A stretch of DNA of 37,353 nt from Smithella sp. UBA2180 (GCA_002327415.1 DCVU01000079.1:1-37353), one strand, 5' to 3'. Shown: positions 16,551 to 26,026, numbered from the stretch's first letter. Made by a program: numbers and translations. Notes: generated from the letters alone by a model not told the origin.

Positions 16551-19220
16551 ATGCAGGAAATCAACAATATAAAATTTCATAGCTTTAGTGTCGCCGAAGC
16601 GTTTACCCGGTTGAGTTCAACTGAGACAGGATTGCCGGAGGAAAAATCCAACGAACGCATTGACACCTTTGGATTCAATGAAATTACCGAAACAAAAAAA
16701 GAGCCGGCATGGAAGAAATTGCTCGGGCAGTTTGCTAATTTGCTGATCATGATTCTGATAACAGCGGCAATCATCTCGGCTTTGATGGGCGATATCATTG
16801 AAGCGGTATCGATTGTTGTCATTGTGCTCTTGGCCGGAATATTGGGTTTTATACAGGAACATCAGGCCCAGAAGGCGATTGAATCCCTCAAAAAGATGGC
16901 GGCGCACAGGGCGCTTGTGCTGCGCAACGGCATAGAGCACTTGATTGAAGCGCGGTTGCTGGTGCCGGGAGATGTTGTCGTACTCAAGACGGGCGACACG
17001 ATTCCGGCGGATGCCCGTCTGATCGAAGCGGCCAACCTTACGCTTGAGGAGGCGGCGCTTACGGGCGAATCGCAGGGCGTTGTCAAAAATGCCGAAATGA
17101 CCTTTCCTGAAAATTGTGCGGTTGGTGACTGTCTCAATATGGTGTATGCAGGAACCGCCGTGTCCAACGGACGTGGTAAGGCGCTGATTTGCGCAACCGG
17201 CTCGCACACTGAATTCGGCAGAATCGCCGAGATGCTTCAAAAGGAGCCGGAGAAGAAAACCCCTTTGCAACAGAATCTCGATGCGCTGGGCAGCCGGATC
17301 GGCATCTTTGCGCTGGTAGTTGCCGTCATCATGAGCGCCGGCGGAATATTAAAAGGATACGCGCTGGTGAAGATGTTTATCTGGGGCGTTGCCTTGGCGG
17401 TGGCCGTTATTCCGGAAGCGTTGCCGGCGGTGGTAACTATCTCGCTTGCGCTGGGGGTACGCCGTATGGTGAAACGTCGCGCCTTGGTGCGCAAACTGCC
17501 GGCGGTGGAAACGCTCGGCGCTGTTAATATCATCTGCAGTGACAAAACCGGCACACTCACCGAAGATCAGATGACGGTGCGCCGTATTTATGTTGACGGC
17601 AAGATTGTGTCTGTAACCGGCGGTGGATATGACCCGGTTGGTGAGCTGAAGTGTAATGAAGTGGCGTATGACACCGGCAATGTTGTCCTGGCGCAACTAA
17701 TACAAATCGGTTCGCTATGCAACGACTCTCGTCTGGTTAAAAAAGACACGTGGATGATTACCGGTGATCCTACCGAAGGTGCGCTGGTAGTTCTGGCTGC
17801 AAAAGCCGGTTTGAACAGCGATACGCTGCGGTGTGATATCTCACGTATTGCGGAAGATCCGTTTACCTCGGAAAAGAAACGCATGACCACCTACCACTCA
17901 ATTAATAACGAAACTTTCGCTTACAGCAAAGGCGCCGGAGAAGTAATGCTTGGTTGTTCAACGCAAATCATGACATCGCAGGGCATAATTACGATCACCG
18001 ATGAAATACGGACGCATTTACAAAGCACGATCAGACAGTTTGCCGAAGATTCTCTCCGCGTGATCGGATTTGCTTATAAGAAGATAGATTCTTTCACGAA
18101 AGCGCAGCCGGAAGACGGGATGATATTTGTCGGATTTGCGGGTATGATCGATCCGCCTCGCGCCGAAGTTTTTGCAGCGATCCGCCGCTGTGAAAGCGCC
18201 GGCATCCGTCCGGTAATGATCACCGGCGATCACAAGATTACCGCAGTAGCGATTGCGCGGGAGATTGGCATATTGAAAGACGGCAGCGCCTATTCCGGTG
18301 AGGAGATCGAACAGATGAGTGATGAGACCTTCAACCACGTTGTCAACGAGGCAAACGTTTTTGCCCGCATTTCGCCGGCACACAAGTACCGCATCGTTGA
18401 AGCGCTGATGGCGCAGGGCAATATTGTAGCAATGACCGGTGACGGCGTTAATGACGCACCGACGCTCAAGAAGGCCAATATCGGCATCGCAATGGGAATC
18501 ACCGGAACGGACGTAAGCAAGGAAGCAAGCGACATGATTCTCACGGATGATAACTTTGCTTCGATCGTTTCGGCCGTGGAAGAGGGGCGAACGATATTTG
18601 AGAATATCAGAAAATATCTGGTGTATCTGCTCAGCGGTAATATGGGAACAGTGATTGGCATCGTCATCGCAATGGTTGCGGGACTTCCCCTGCCGTTAAC
18701 GGCAGTGCAGATATTATTCATCAATTTTGTCATGGATGGACTGGTTGCCATTGCGCTGGGTGTTGAAGCACCGGAGCCGGGAATCATGGACAAGAAACCG
18801 CGCACAGTTAAGGAAGGGATATTAAATACTTCGGCATTATCAGAAATTATCCTTGTCGGGGTATGGATTGCTCTCCTGACAACAGCGGTTTACGCATATG
18901 CACTGCATAACGGCGCGAGTGATCTAAAGGCCGGTACGCTGTTTTTCACCGCACTGGTATTTGCGCGACTGGTAAACGGCTTTACATGCCGCTCGCTGCA
19001 TCAGAGCGTTTTTATTATGCATCCGTTTTCCAATCGTGCGTTTGTGGCTAGTGTGCTCGTTACAATAATAATAGTTATTGGTATGCTTAATCTGCCAGTA
19101 CTGCAAACGGCATTTGGCCTGACAACTCTTGTCAATTATGACTGGCTGCTGGTAACGTTGCTGCCATTGACGCTCCTGATATTTACCGAAGCGATAAAAT
19201 TTATCAAGCGTAGAATGTAG
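16551..19220 (+). CDS. Cation-transporting P-type ATPase, P2 (Ca2+-ATPase-like)
   Basis: 889 aa. Contains TGES, the phosphorylation site CSDKTGTLT, the hinge [22 protein letters not shown], and IPEALPAV in M4. Confidence 0.9.
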   Translation: MQEINNIKFHSFSVAEAFTRLSSTETGLPEEKSNERIDTFGFNEITETKKEPAWKKLLGQFANLLIMILITAAIISALMGDIIEAVSIVVIVLLAGILGFIQEHQAQKAIESLKKMAAHRALVLRNGIEHLIEARLLVPGDVVVLKTGDTIPADARLIEAANLTLEEAALTGESQGVVKNAEMTFPENCAVGDCLNMVYAGTAVSNGRGKALICATGSHTEFGRIAEMLQKEPEKKTPLQQNLDALGSRIGIFALVVAVIMSAGGILKGYALVKMFIWGVALAVAVIPEALPAVVTISLALGVRRMVKRRALVRKLPAVETLGAVNIICSDKTGTLTEDQMTVRRIYVDGKIVSVTGGGYDPVGELKCNEVAYDTGNVVLAQLIQIGSLCNDSRLVKKDTWMITGDPTEGALVVLAAKAGLNSDTLRCDISRIAEDPFTSEKKRMTTYHSINNETFAYSKGAGEVMLGCSTQIMTSQGIITITDEIRTHLQSTIRQFAEDSLRVIGFAYKKIDSFTKAQPEDGMIFVGFAGMIDPPRAEVFAAIRRCESAGIRPVMITGDHKITAVAIAREIGILKDGSAYSGEEIEQMSDETFNHVVNEANVFARISPAHKYRIVEALMAQGNIVAMTGDGVNDAPTLKKANIGIAMGITGTDVSKEASDMILTDDNFASIVSAVEEGRTIFENIRKYLVYLLSGNMGTVIGIVIAMVAGLPLPLTAVQILFINFVMDGLVAIALGVEAPEPGIMDKKPRTVKEGILNTSALSEIILVGVWIALLTTAVYAYALHNGASDLKAGTLFFTALVFARLVNGFTCRSLHQSVFIMHPFSNRAFVASVLVTIIIVIGMLNLPVLQTAFGLTTLVNYDWLLVTLLPLTLLIFTEAIKFIKRRM

Positions 19221-19355
19221 GGGGCATTCTTATACCAGTAGCGGCCTCTCTGATTGTAATCTCCTCTATTCTTATTATATCTGTTGTAGCGTCCATAAGC
19301 TGGCCGGATACAAAGTATGAAGATATTCCTCAGATAACTATAGAGAAGTAATATT

Positions 19356-20135
19356 ATGCAAACAGAATATTTAAACGCTTCTCAAGCGCAGTTGAAAAAA
19401 TGGGCAAGGCTTGACGACACCAGGGTGCGGCAAGAGGAAGGAATCTTCCTGGCCGAAGGCATCAAGGTGGTTGAAGAACTACTGACTAGTGACTGGCAAA
19501 TAAAAGCAATACTGGTTATGCCCGAAAAAATACAATACTGGGAGAACCTCGCACTACCAGCCTCCAAAGATATTCCCATTTATCAACTCACACGTTCCCA
19601 ATGGCAAAAAATCGGACAGGACAGAGAACCGGAAGGCATCATGGCTGTAGCCGCCATAAAACGGGCGCCGGATTTTCCTGCATGGCTTATGGAAACTTCC
19701 GGCAACATTATTATTTTGCATGAAATAAACAATCCCCTCAACCTTGGAGCGCTAACCAGAAGCGCGCGATGGTTCGGTTTTGACGGAATAATTTTAAGCG
19801 CTAATTCGGTGGATTACACCAATCCGAAGGCCGTGCGCGCTTCCATGGGCAGTATTTTCCATTTGACAATTATCCCCGGCATTGATTTATCCACTGCATT
19901 GCCCGAGATTAAAAAAAGCTTTTTTCTCATCGGCTCTGATGTGCGCACCGGGTTACCTCCTCATCCTGTTAAAAAAAAGGCAGCCCTCCTTCTGGGCAAT
20001 GAAAGCCATGGCCTGCCGGAAGATATTTTACGAATGGCCGATGAAAAATGGAGCATTCCCGGAAGCGGCAAGGCGGATTCCTTGAGTTTGCCGCAGGCGG
20101 CAGCGATAATGATGTACGAATGCGTGAAACAATGA
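19356..20135 (+). CDS. TrmH/SpoU-family RNA 2'-O-methyltransferase
   Basis: 259 aa. Contains NPLNLGALTRSARWFG, LLLGNESHGLPEDIL and SLSLPQAAAIMMYE (SpoU motifs 1-3). Confidence 0.85.
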   Translation: MQTEYLNASQAQLKKWARLDDTRVRQEEGIFLAEGIKVVEELLTSDWQIKAILVMPEKIQYWENLALPASKDIPIYQLTRSQWQKIGQDREPEGIMAVAAIKRAPDFPAWLMETSGNIIILHEINNPLNLGALTRSARWFGFDGIILSANSVDYTNPKAVRASMGSIFHLTIIPGIDLSTALPEIKKSFFLIGSDVRTGLPPHPVKKKAALLLGNESHGLPEDILRMADEKWSIPGSGKADSLSLPQAAAIMMYECVKQ

Positions 20136-20449
20136 AATCCTACATTCAAATATCCACGACAACCGAAACCAAAGAACAGGCGGAAAGCATTGCTCAATAT
20201 TTAGTGGAGCAAAACCTGGCCGCCTGCGTACAGATTACCGGGCCGATAACCAGCATTTATCGCTGGAAGGGCAAAGTTGAAAATGCGCAAGAATGGCTAT
20301 GCCTGATTAAAACGCGGGACGAATTATTTGAAAAAGTGGAGGCCGCAATCAAAAAACTGCATCCCTACGAAACTCCGGAAATTATCGCCGTGCCGGTTGT
20401 GAAGGGAAGCAAAGAATATCTGAACTGGCTTAATTATGAACTAAGCTAG
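20132..20449 (+). CDS. cutA: Divalent-cation tolerance protein CutA
   Basis: 105 aa from the ATG at 20132, which forms an ATGA overlap with the TrmH-family stop. Contains LAACVQI.GPI.S.YRWKGK and HPYE.PEI. Confidence 0.85.
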   Translation: MKSYIQISTTTETKEQAESIAQYLVEQNLAACVQITGPITSIYRWKGKVENAQEWLCLIKTRDELFEKVEAAIKKLHPYETPEIIAVPVVKGSKEYLNWLNYELS

Positions 20450-20473
20450 CACAAAAATCAGCCTCGATAGCTA

Positions 20474-21025
20474 TCAGGCCGCGTGCTTTTTCACCCACGC
20501 CACATACTTATCCATCCAGTTTTGCAGGAATTGTTTGCTGTCTTTGCCTATATTGCCGGCGTCATCAAACAATCCTTCCTTCATCTGAATAAAAGCTTCC
20601 GGTTGGCAAAGCGTTGGTACGTTCAGAACTGAGAGAATGTTGCGCAAATGCTGTTGCGCCGCCGCCGTGCCGACAGGGCCTGAAGAGACGCCCAAAATAC
20701 CAGCTGGTTTGCCGGTCCAGGCGCTCTGCCCGGGAGGGCGCGAAGCATTATCGATGGCGTTCTTGAGTACACCGGGTATCGAACGGTTATACTCGGGGGT
20801 AACGAACAAAATGCCCTGAGCGCTCTTGATTTCGTTCTTAAGCCGCTTAACAGACTCGGCCTGGTTCGCGTCGTCGTCCTGATTGTAGAGTGGCAGGTCG
20901 CTGATCTGCACCTGCTGAAAGGAGAACTCCGGCGGCGCCAGCTTCACAAGGGCATCAGCCAGTTTGCGATTGAATGAATCCTTACGCAGGCTTCCGACTA
21001 CAACGTCGATTTGATATGTACTCAT
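20474..21025 (-). CDS. NAD(P)H-dependent FMN reductase (YieF/ChrR-like)
   Basis: 183 aa. Contains GSLRKDSFNRKLA and VTPEYNRSIPGVLKNAID. Confidence 0.85.
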   Translation of the reverse strand: MSTYQIDVVVGSLRKDSFNRKLADALVKLAPPEFSFQQVQISDLPLYNQDDDANQAESVKRLKNEIKSAQGILFVTPEYNRSIPGVLKNAIDNASRPPGQSAWTGKPAGILGVSSGPVGTAAAQQHLRNILSVLNVPTLCQPEAFIQMKEGLFDDAGNIGKDSKQFLQNWMDKYVAWVKKHAA

Positions 21026-21054
21026 TATTATCTCCTTTTAAGGTTATCAAAACA

Positions 21055-21396
21055 TCATGCATTAACGCCGGTAATATCGCATGAATGTATGAAGCTGTCC
21101 AGTTGCCCTTCGGTAAGTCCGCTGCCCAAAATCCCGTCCAGACGCTTGACCACTTTTCCATTCTCAAAAAAGATTACCGTCGGTACTACTTCAATGTCAT
21201 ATGTATCTTCGCACTCGCTCATTTGATCGGTCATCACCCGGCAAAATTGCTGATCGTTGCCAAGAGCATAGTTTTCGAAGATCGGCAGAAATCTGCGTGA
21301 GTGAGGGCACCACGAAGCATAGAAAAGAACCAGAACCCGCGGGCACTTTTTTAACATAGCATCAAGACCGGCTTCAGTTTCAATAACCCTGCTCAT
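21055..21396 (-). CDS. Thioredoxin-fold protein with a monothiol WCPHS motif
   Basis: 113 aa. VLVLFYASWCPHSRRF sits where thioredoxins carry WCGPC, with the second Cys replaced by Ser. Contains VPTVIFFENGK. Confidence 0.75.
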   Translation of the reverse strand: MSRVIETEAGLDAMLKKCPRVLVLFYASWCPHSRRFLPIFENYALGNDQQFCRVMTDQMSECEDTYDIEVVPTVIFFENGKVVKRLDGILGSGLTEGQLDSFIHSCDITGVNA

Positions 21397-21407
21397 AACA
21401 CCTCCAA

Positions 21408-21551
21408 TTAACCTATTTGGACAACAAGCACAGCCTTGGGGCGTGGAATTGATTTGCCGATGGAAGTCCAGCGCTCCGTGTAGCTATTCTTCGACAACGC
21501 GTTCATCGGATTGCCGTGTCCGAAGAAAATTGTGGGCATTAAACTGATCAC
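21408..21551 (-). pseudogene. Remnant of a YgiD/LigB-type 4,5-DOPA extradiol dioxygenase gene (43-47 codons left)
   Basis: The minus-strand frame reads (VISL)MPTIFFGHGNPMNALSKNSYTERWTSIGKSIPRPKAVLVV-QIG-stop. The first ~40 residues match the conserved YgiD N-terminus (MP.LF.GHGSPMNAL.DN.YT..W..LG...PRP.A..VVSAHW), but the frame ends instead of continuing with SAHW. SD GGAGG lies 7 nt before the GTG at 21551. Confidence 0.6.
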
Positions 21552-21656
21552 TGTAACGCCTCCTTTTTACTAGAGTGATATGCACTGCTAATTTTTTCCC
21601 GCGCCCCTCTTGCCACCATTGCCATGACAGCGCTGGCAGCCACCTAATTATTAGTT

Positions 21657-22712
21657 CTATCTAAAAACATTCTGTGCGTCACACGCTTCGAGAAATGGCT
21701 TTCTTAAAAAATTAGTCTCTGAATAAGGAGATTTTTCGGCCTCGCGGAGTTTACCTTGAAAAATAACATTTGGTGCAAGTCCATAGTTTTGACATTCGTC
21801 TGTTATTTGCGTCAGCCAATACTTCGCATCTTCACTGCAACACTTGGCCTTGTAGCGTTCTTCAATTCCGAATAGTTCATTCCATGTTCGGATTTCGTCT
21901 GACAAATTGGCAGGCCCAAAAGTAATAGATATATCCTGCGGGGTTAATTTTAGAATATCGAGTGTATTGATTTGGATCTTAATTTCTAATTTGTATGAAA
22001 TTGTATTATAAGCGTAAAACGATTTACGTCGGTTTCCATTTTTATCGTGAAGAGGGTCGTTTGCGCCCTTGTTTCCTTTATTGCATTTGTCGCAAATCGG
22101 CGCCAAGTTTTTAAAATTTATTGAGGAAAAAGGATATTTGCTTTTCGGTAAGTAATGATCATACGCATCACGGGTATGAACATACTGACCGTCGATGGGA
22201 AGCAATCCGCAAACAGGGCATTTCCCTTTAGAATTTTTTTTTACAAATTCTTTATAGTGTTCATTAATTGTTCCAATGCGTTGTTGCACCGCTTTTAAAT
22301 TAATGACACTATCAAAAAGGCTTTTAAAGAACTTTTCAAGTTCTATTTTTAGTGTAGCATTTAATTTGTCCAGATCACTGTAAAGAAAAGGGGTGTATCC
22401 TGCTGTTCCCTTGCATAAATCTTCAATTGCATTATTATCTTTATAATTTTTTACTAAAGCATTTTTTTCTGTCTGATTCATCGACTGGAATATTTTGTAA
22501 ACTCGTTCAATTGGGCCGTAGAAATAATCTTCTTTTATTTTGTCATCATTATAAATCTCTAGAGTAATTTTTTTAATTTCATCTGGCAATAAATCAATAT
22601 TGTACTCGACTGAAGGATTTGCATTACACCAAACATCAAGAAATATTTGGTCAACCCATTGCTGGAGCTTATAAATGCTATGATTTGGCAAATATACATA
22701 AGGAAATAGCAT
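21657..22712 (-). CDS. HNH (beta-beta-alpha-Me) zinc-finger nuclease-like protein with large unassigned N- and C-terminal regions
   Basis: 351 aa. Core at residues 165-215 (nt 22068-22220) is CPVCG...AYDHYLPKSKYPFSSINFKNLAPICDKCNKGNKG, i.e. CxxC...DH...N...N...CxxCN. The start codon overlaps the stop of the upstream ATPase (TAATG). Visibly AT-rich. Confidence 0.75.
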   Translation of the reverse strand: MLFPYVYLPNHSIYKLQQWVDQIFLDVWCNANPSVEYNIDLLPDEIKKITLEIYNDDKIKEDYFYGPIERVYKIFQSMNQTEKNALVKNYKDNNAIEDLCKGTAGYTPFLYSDLDKLNATLKIELEKFFKSLFDSVINLKAVQQRIGTINEHYKEFVKKNSKGKCPVCGLLPIDGQYVHTRDAYDHYLPKSKYPFSSINFKNLAPICDKCNKGNKGANDPLHDKNGNRRKSFYAYNTISYKLEIKIQINTLDILKLTPQDISITFGPANLSDEIRTWNELFGIEERYKAKCCSEDAKYWLTQITDECQNYGLAPNVIFQGKLREAEKSPYSETNFLRKPFLEACDAQNVFR

Positions 22713-24505
22713 TAGTTATGCTCCATACTGTCAAGGATCGTTTTTATCAGCAATACTTTCTCCACCGAATCGCCCAGTTGCTGGTTAATTTCGGCTAGGA
22801 GCTGCTCTTTGTCTTCTCCCTGTTCGAAGCGCTGCCGTAAGCCTTCAAGCATTGTCTGAGCGCGAAGACCTATGGTCTCACGCTTGTCGAAGGTGGCCAT
22901 GGTGATCTTGTTGATGGATGCGCCCAGAGTATTGTATTCGGGATGTTTGACCGAAACCGTGCCGTCTTCTTTTTTGAACACAAGCACCTTTTCCGGCTTA
23001 CTGTCGGAAATAAGAAAGGGTGTGTGGGTGGTGACCAGCATCTCGTGGCCTTCACTGCCGTCGAAACAATCGTGCAAGCGGGTAACGAAATTGGCGCGCC
23101 AATCGGGATTGAAATGAGTCTCCGGCTCATCGAGTAAAAAAAGGCTTTGGGTGTTCTTAAAAAGCCGGCAAAGGCCAAGCGTGTGTAGCAGTTGGTGTTC
23201 CCCGTCGGAGAAACTTTTCAGCAGGATGGGTTCGCTTACATCCGTCTTGGTTACCCAGAAGTCTTTAAAACGCATGATACGTTCATCCGAAGCCAGAGTC
23301 GGAACCGTCTCGCTGACATACAGACTGTCAGATTGATAGAGGTCTTTTTTCAGATTATGGCTTACAGAAAACAGATTAAGCGTAAGCAATACCTGAAAGG
23401 CTTGGAACAGCTCAACCGGCGACTTATTAGCATCAAAATCAAAGTTTTCGCTGAAGGCTTGCCGGGTTGCGTCATTGATAAAGTAATCGAGATAGAGTGT
23501 ATCGCTGGCTTCATCAATATACCAGCAGGTAGCGCAGCGTGTCAGCCGATTAATGATTCCATCAATTCTTGGGGAAATATTTTCATCACCTTCCAACAGT
23601 TTGATCAGATTGCATCTGAAGCTTTTGTTGTCGCTATCACTACCTTCGACAACGGAAAGTGCCGGATGATTTTTTGCAATTTCAAGTGCATTCTCAAATT
23701 CCGGACTGTGCCCGGTAACAAAACTGAAGACTTCATCCGGCAAGACCTCAATGCTGCGCCTGATGATAATGCGGAACTCCGTGAGTTCCTGGATTTTTAT
23801 TTCTTCTCGGAACGACTGGAGCGCGTCGGTTTCATGATACAGCAGGTTGCAAAGCAGGATCGCTTGGCTAAAACCGCTGTCGAGGTAGACCAGACGTGAT
23901 TCTGGGCGGCCGGGATAGGACAACTGCTGTTTCAATGCTTCCCAGTATTCGTCAAACTGAATGAAGCGCATTTTGAAAAACGGCAGGCTGAGGATTTCGT
24001 TTTCACCGGAGGAATACCCCAGGATGTATTCCGGCATAAGTTGACGCCCAATGTTTTTTCCGACAACTTCCTCCTCCTCATAGAATCCGTCTTCGTGCTT
24101 GAGCCAATACCACTTTGGCGTTTCGCCGGTTTTTTTGACGATTTTGACGTGTGCACGCCTGTCTGGGCCACTGATCTTGAGGTCATCTTTCGGCTGGATA
24201 AGGTACTCGATTTCAAAACCGTCAGGAATACCTTTATCACCTCGAAACCCTTGTGGATTCGCCTGCTCCTCGTAGCGAAAACTATCCGGCAGGTTTGTGA
24301 GATAGATGCACTCCAGATGATAGAAGATTGCCGCCAATACCTCCAGCAGGTTCGACTTGCCGCTGCCGTTAGGACCGGCGCAGACAAAAGGCGCAAAGCC
24401 CTGTTCCCCCTGCAAATCCCATTCGCTGCGGAAGCGATACTCGAAGCCGGCTTGCAGGCTGCGAAATCCCTTCGGGTCGGTGATTTTAAGGCGAAGCAGT
24501 TTCAT
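22712..24505 (-). CDS. ABC/SMC-type (AAA_15/21-like) ATPase linked to the restriction system
   Basis: 597 aa. Walker A GPNGSGKS (res 44-51, nt 24350-24376), signature-like SDGEHQ (~res 433), Walker B LFLLDEPE (~455-462), H-loop VTTHTP (~res 494). A long helical insert separates the N- and C-terminal half-sites. Starts 6 nt after the hsdS stop. Confidence 0.8.
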   Translation of the reverse strand: MKLLRLKITDPKGFRSLQAGFEYRFRSEWDLQGEQGFAPFVCAGPNGSGKSNLLEVLAAIFYHLECIYLTNLPDSFRYEEQANPQGFRGDKGIPDGFEIEYLIQPKDDLKISGPDRRAHVKIVKKTGETPKWYWLKHEDGFYEEEEVVGKNIGRQLMPEYILGYSSGENEILSLPFFKMRFIQFDEYWEALKQQLSYPGRPESRLVYLDSGFSQAILLCNLLYHETDALQSFREEIKIQELTEFRIIIRRSIEVLPDEVFSFVTGHSPEFENALEIAKNHPALSVVEGSDSDNKSFRCNLIKLLEGDENISPRIDGIINRLTRCATCWYIDEASDTLYLDYFINDATRQAFSENFDFDANKSPVELFQAFQVLLTLNLFSVSHNLKKDLYQSDSLYVSETVPTLASDERIMRFKDFWVTKTDVSEPILLKSFSDGEHQLLHTLGLCRLFKNTQSLFLLDEPETHFNPDWRANFVTRLHDCFDGSEGHEMLVTTHTPFLISDSKPEKVLVFKKEDGTVSVKHPEYNTLGASINKITMATFDKRETIGLRAQTMLEGLRQRFEQGEDKEQLLAEINQQLGDSVEKVLLIKTILDSMEHN

Positions 24506-24511
24506 CCGGCA

Positions 24512-26026
24512 TCATCCCTTTGACGCCGTGATCTGAACACGGTTGTTGGCGTCATCGTAGGTCTGGGTCAGACGGCCTTGTTCCAGAGCCTCAAATACCC
24601 AGGCTTTGAGTTCGTCATATTCCGCCACGCTCCAGTCCGGCGCTTCGTCTTCCGTCAGCTGCCACAACCACTGTCGGCTGGTCTCCATAAAGGTCTGAGC
24701 CTCAAACGGTTTATCGCCTAACTGCTCCAGCCAGGAGGTCAACCACTTGCCTACCAGCGTCTTGCGCCCATCAGCGGATTGAAGCAATATGGCAAGTTCT
24801 TCAGGTTCAGGCAGTTCGAATAATGGCTCTTTAGGTTGTTTTTCCTCTGCTTCGAATTTTACTTTCTCCGCTTTGTCAGGTCCTTCTGCCGGCAGCGGCA
24901 CACGCGACAAATCCAAATCGCCTTTGAAGGCTTTCTGGCTCAATGCGCCATATAGATCTTCCAGATCGGTCAGGCTTTGTTGATAGCGGGACTTGAGGCC
25001 TTCGACTTTTTCGACGATTGCGCTGAATTGATTTTGGTGTATTTCAGGTGGCGTGGGAATAAACAGCTTCTGCATCGCTATTGAATCGAACCTACGAGTT
25101 CCGTGACCAGCCGTTGAAATCAACTTGAGAATTTGGCGTTTTAGGGAAACAAGGCAGTTCTGCAAATATATGACGTTCATCCCCTTGATTGGCTTGATTG
25201 CCTTCATATCTTGGTTAATCGCAATCTCTACAGCGTTAATTGCCACGGGAAATGAATGGGCTAGGATCATACCACGCACAACTATTAATAAATGACCTGG
25301 AGCAATCCGCTTAAGGGATGTTTCCTTAAATACTTTTTCAGAAATATGGTCGGCAGCATTTTTAATCTTTGAAACTTTCATGTCCTTAGGACTGACCCAT
25401 GGGAAATTACCGTCCCAGAAGTCGTCTCTGCTTTTACTTGGTGTGCCACCACTTATAAACTGGCCTACCCTGTGGAATGGTAAAGTGTCCCACCCCTTCT
25501 CGTTCCGCACCGGATCGCCAAACATCTCCAGAAAAACACTTTTGAGCAGGTTGTCTAGTTGTTTTATGTGTTGTTTGCGCCGGGCGATCAGCCCTTCCAC
25601 ATTGTCTAGCAGATAGGCAATGCGCTTTTGGTCGCTGAGCGGTTGAATTGGTATTGAACAACGTTTAACCTCCGGAAAATGGTCTGCATAACCACGGCTC
25701 TTAATTTGAAGCTCAGTAAGGAAGTAAAAAAGATATTTATGATCAATCTGCGCCTTTTCTTTCGCCTCCAGAATTTTGACATTGGGGCCGGGAACAAAAG
25801 GTTGATCGACATATTTGGCTCTACGAGTATGACCACCATATAGAACCATACTTGGTGCGGGTCTGATTACCAAATCATCCCTGTTTGTCCATCCTTCAAT
25901 ATAAGAAGCACCCTGTCCTATGACCGGGTACTTTCCTTCATCATGCCATTCAGACTGTGCAAGGCCTTGGATACCTGACCCATGAGATTTAATGGCATTA
26001 CTAAACAATACGAGTTCAGTAATCAT
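24512..26026 (-). CDS. hsdS: Type I restriction-modification specificity subunit HsdS with an extra C-terminal domain of about 133 aa
   Basis: 504 aa. Two target-recognition regions are separated by the central conserved helix LIARRKQHIKQLDNLLKSVFLEMFGDP and closed by the distal helix LKSRYQQSLTDLEDLYGALSQKAFKGDL. An acidic, Trp-rich tail follows. ATGA overlap with hsdM. Confidence 0.85.
   Translation of the reverse strand: MITELVLFSNAIKSHGSGIQGLAQSEWHDEGKYPVIGQGASYIEGWTNRDDLVIRPAPSMVLYGGHTRRAKYVDQPFVPGPNVKILEAKEKAQIDHKYLFYFLTELQIKSRGYADHFPEVKRCSIPIQPLSDQKRIAYLLDNVEGLIARRKQHIKQLDNLLKSVFLEMFGDPVRNEKGWDTLPFHRVGQFISGGTPSKSRDDFWDGNFPWVSPKDMKVSKIKNAADHISEKVFKETSLKRIAPGHLLIVVRGMILAHSFPVAINAVEIAINQDMKAIKPIKGMNVIYLQNCLVSLKRQILKLISTAGHGTRRFDSIAMQKLFIPTPPEIHQNQFSAIVEKVEGLKSRYQQSLTDLEDLYGALSQKAFKGDLDLSRVPLPAEGPDKAEKVKFEAEEKQPKEPLFELPEPEELAILLQSADGRKTLVGKWLTSWLEQLGDKPFEAQTFMETSRQWLWQLTEDEAPDWSVAEYDELKAWVFEALEQGRLTQTYDDANNRVQITASKG

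Noticed and set aside
16617-17270. 217-aa ORF, and neighbours, antisense to the P-type ATPase
   Set aside because: These are shadow ORFs within a CDS carrying all the P-type ATPase motifs.
23192-23899. 235-aa ORF antisense to the island ATPase
   Set aside because: It is fully nested in the ATPase CDS, which has clear Walker and signature motifs. The antisense translation has no motifs and no SD.
24512-26026. Phase-variable or shufflon-type hsdS locus
   Set aside because: There is only one hsdS copy. I saw no inverted partial hsdS cassettes, no nearby recombinase, and no homopolymer or SSR tract in the coding region.
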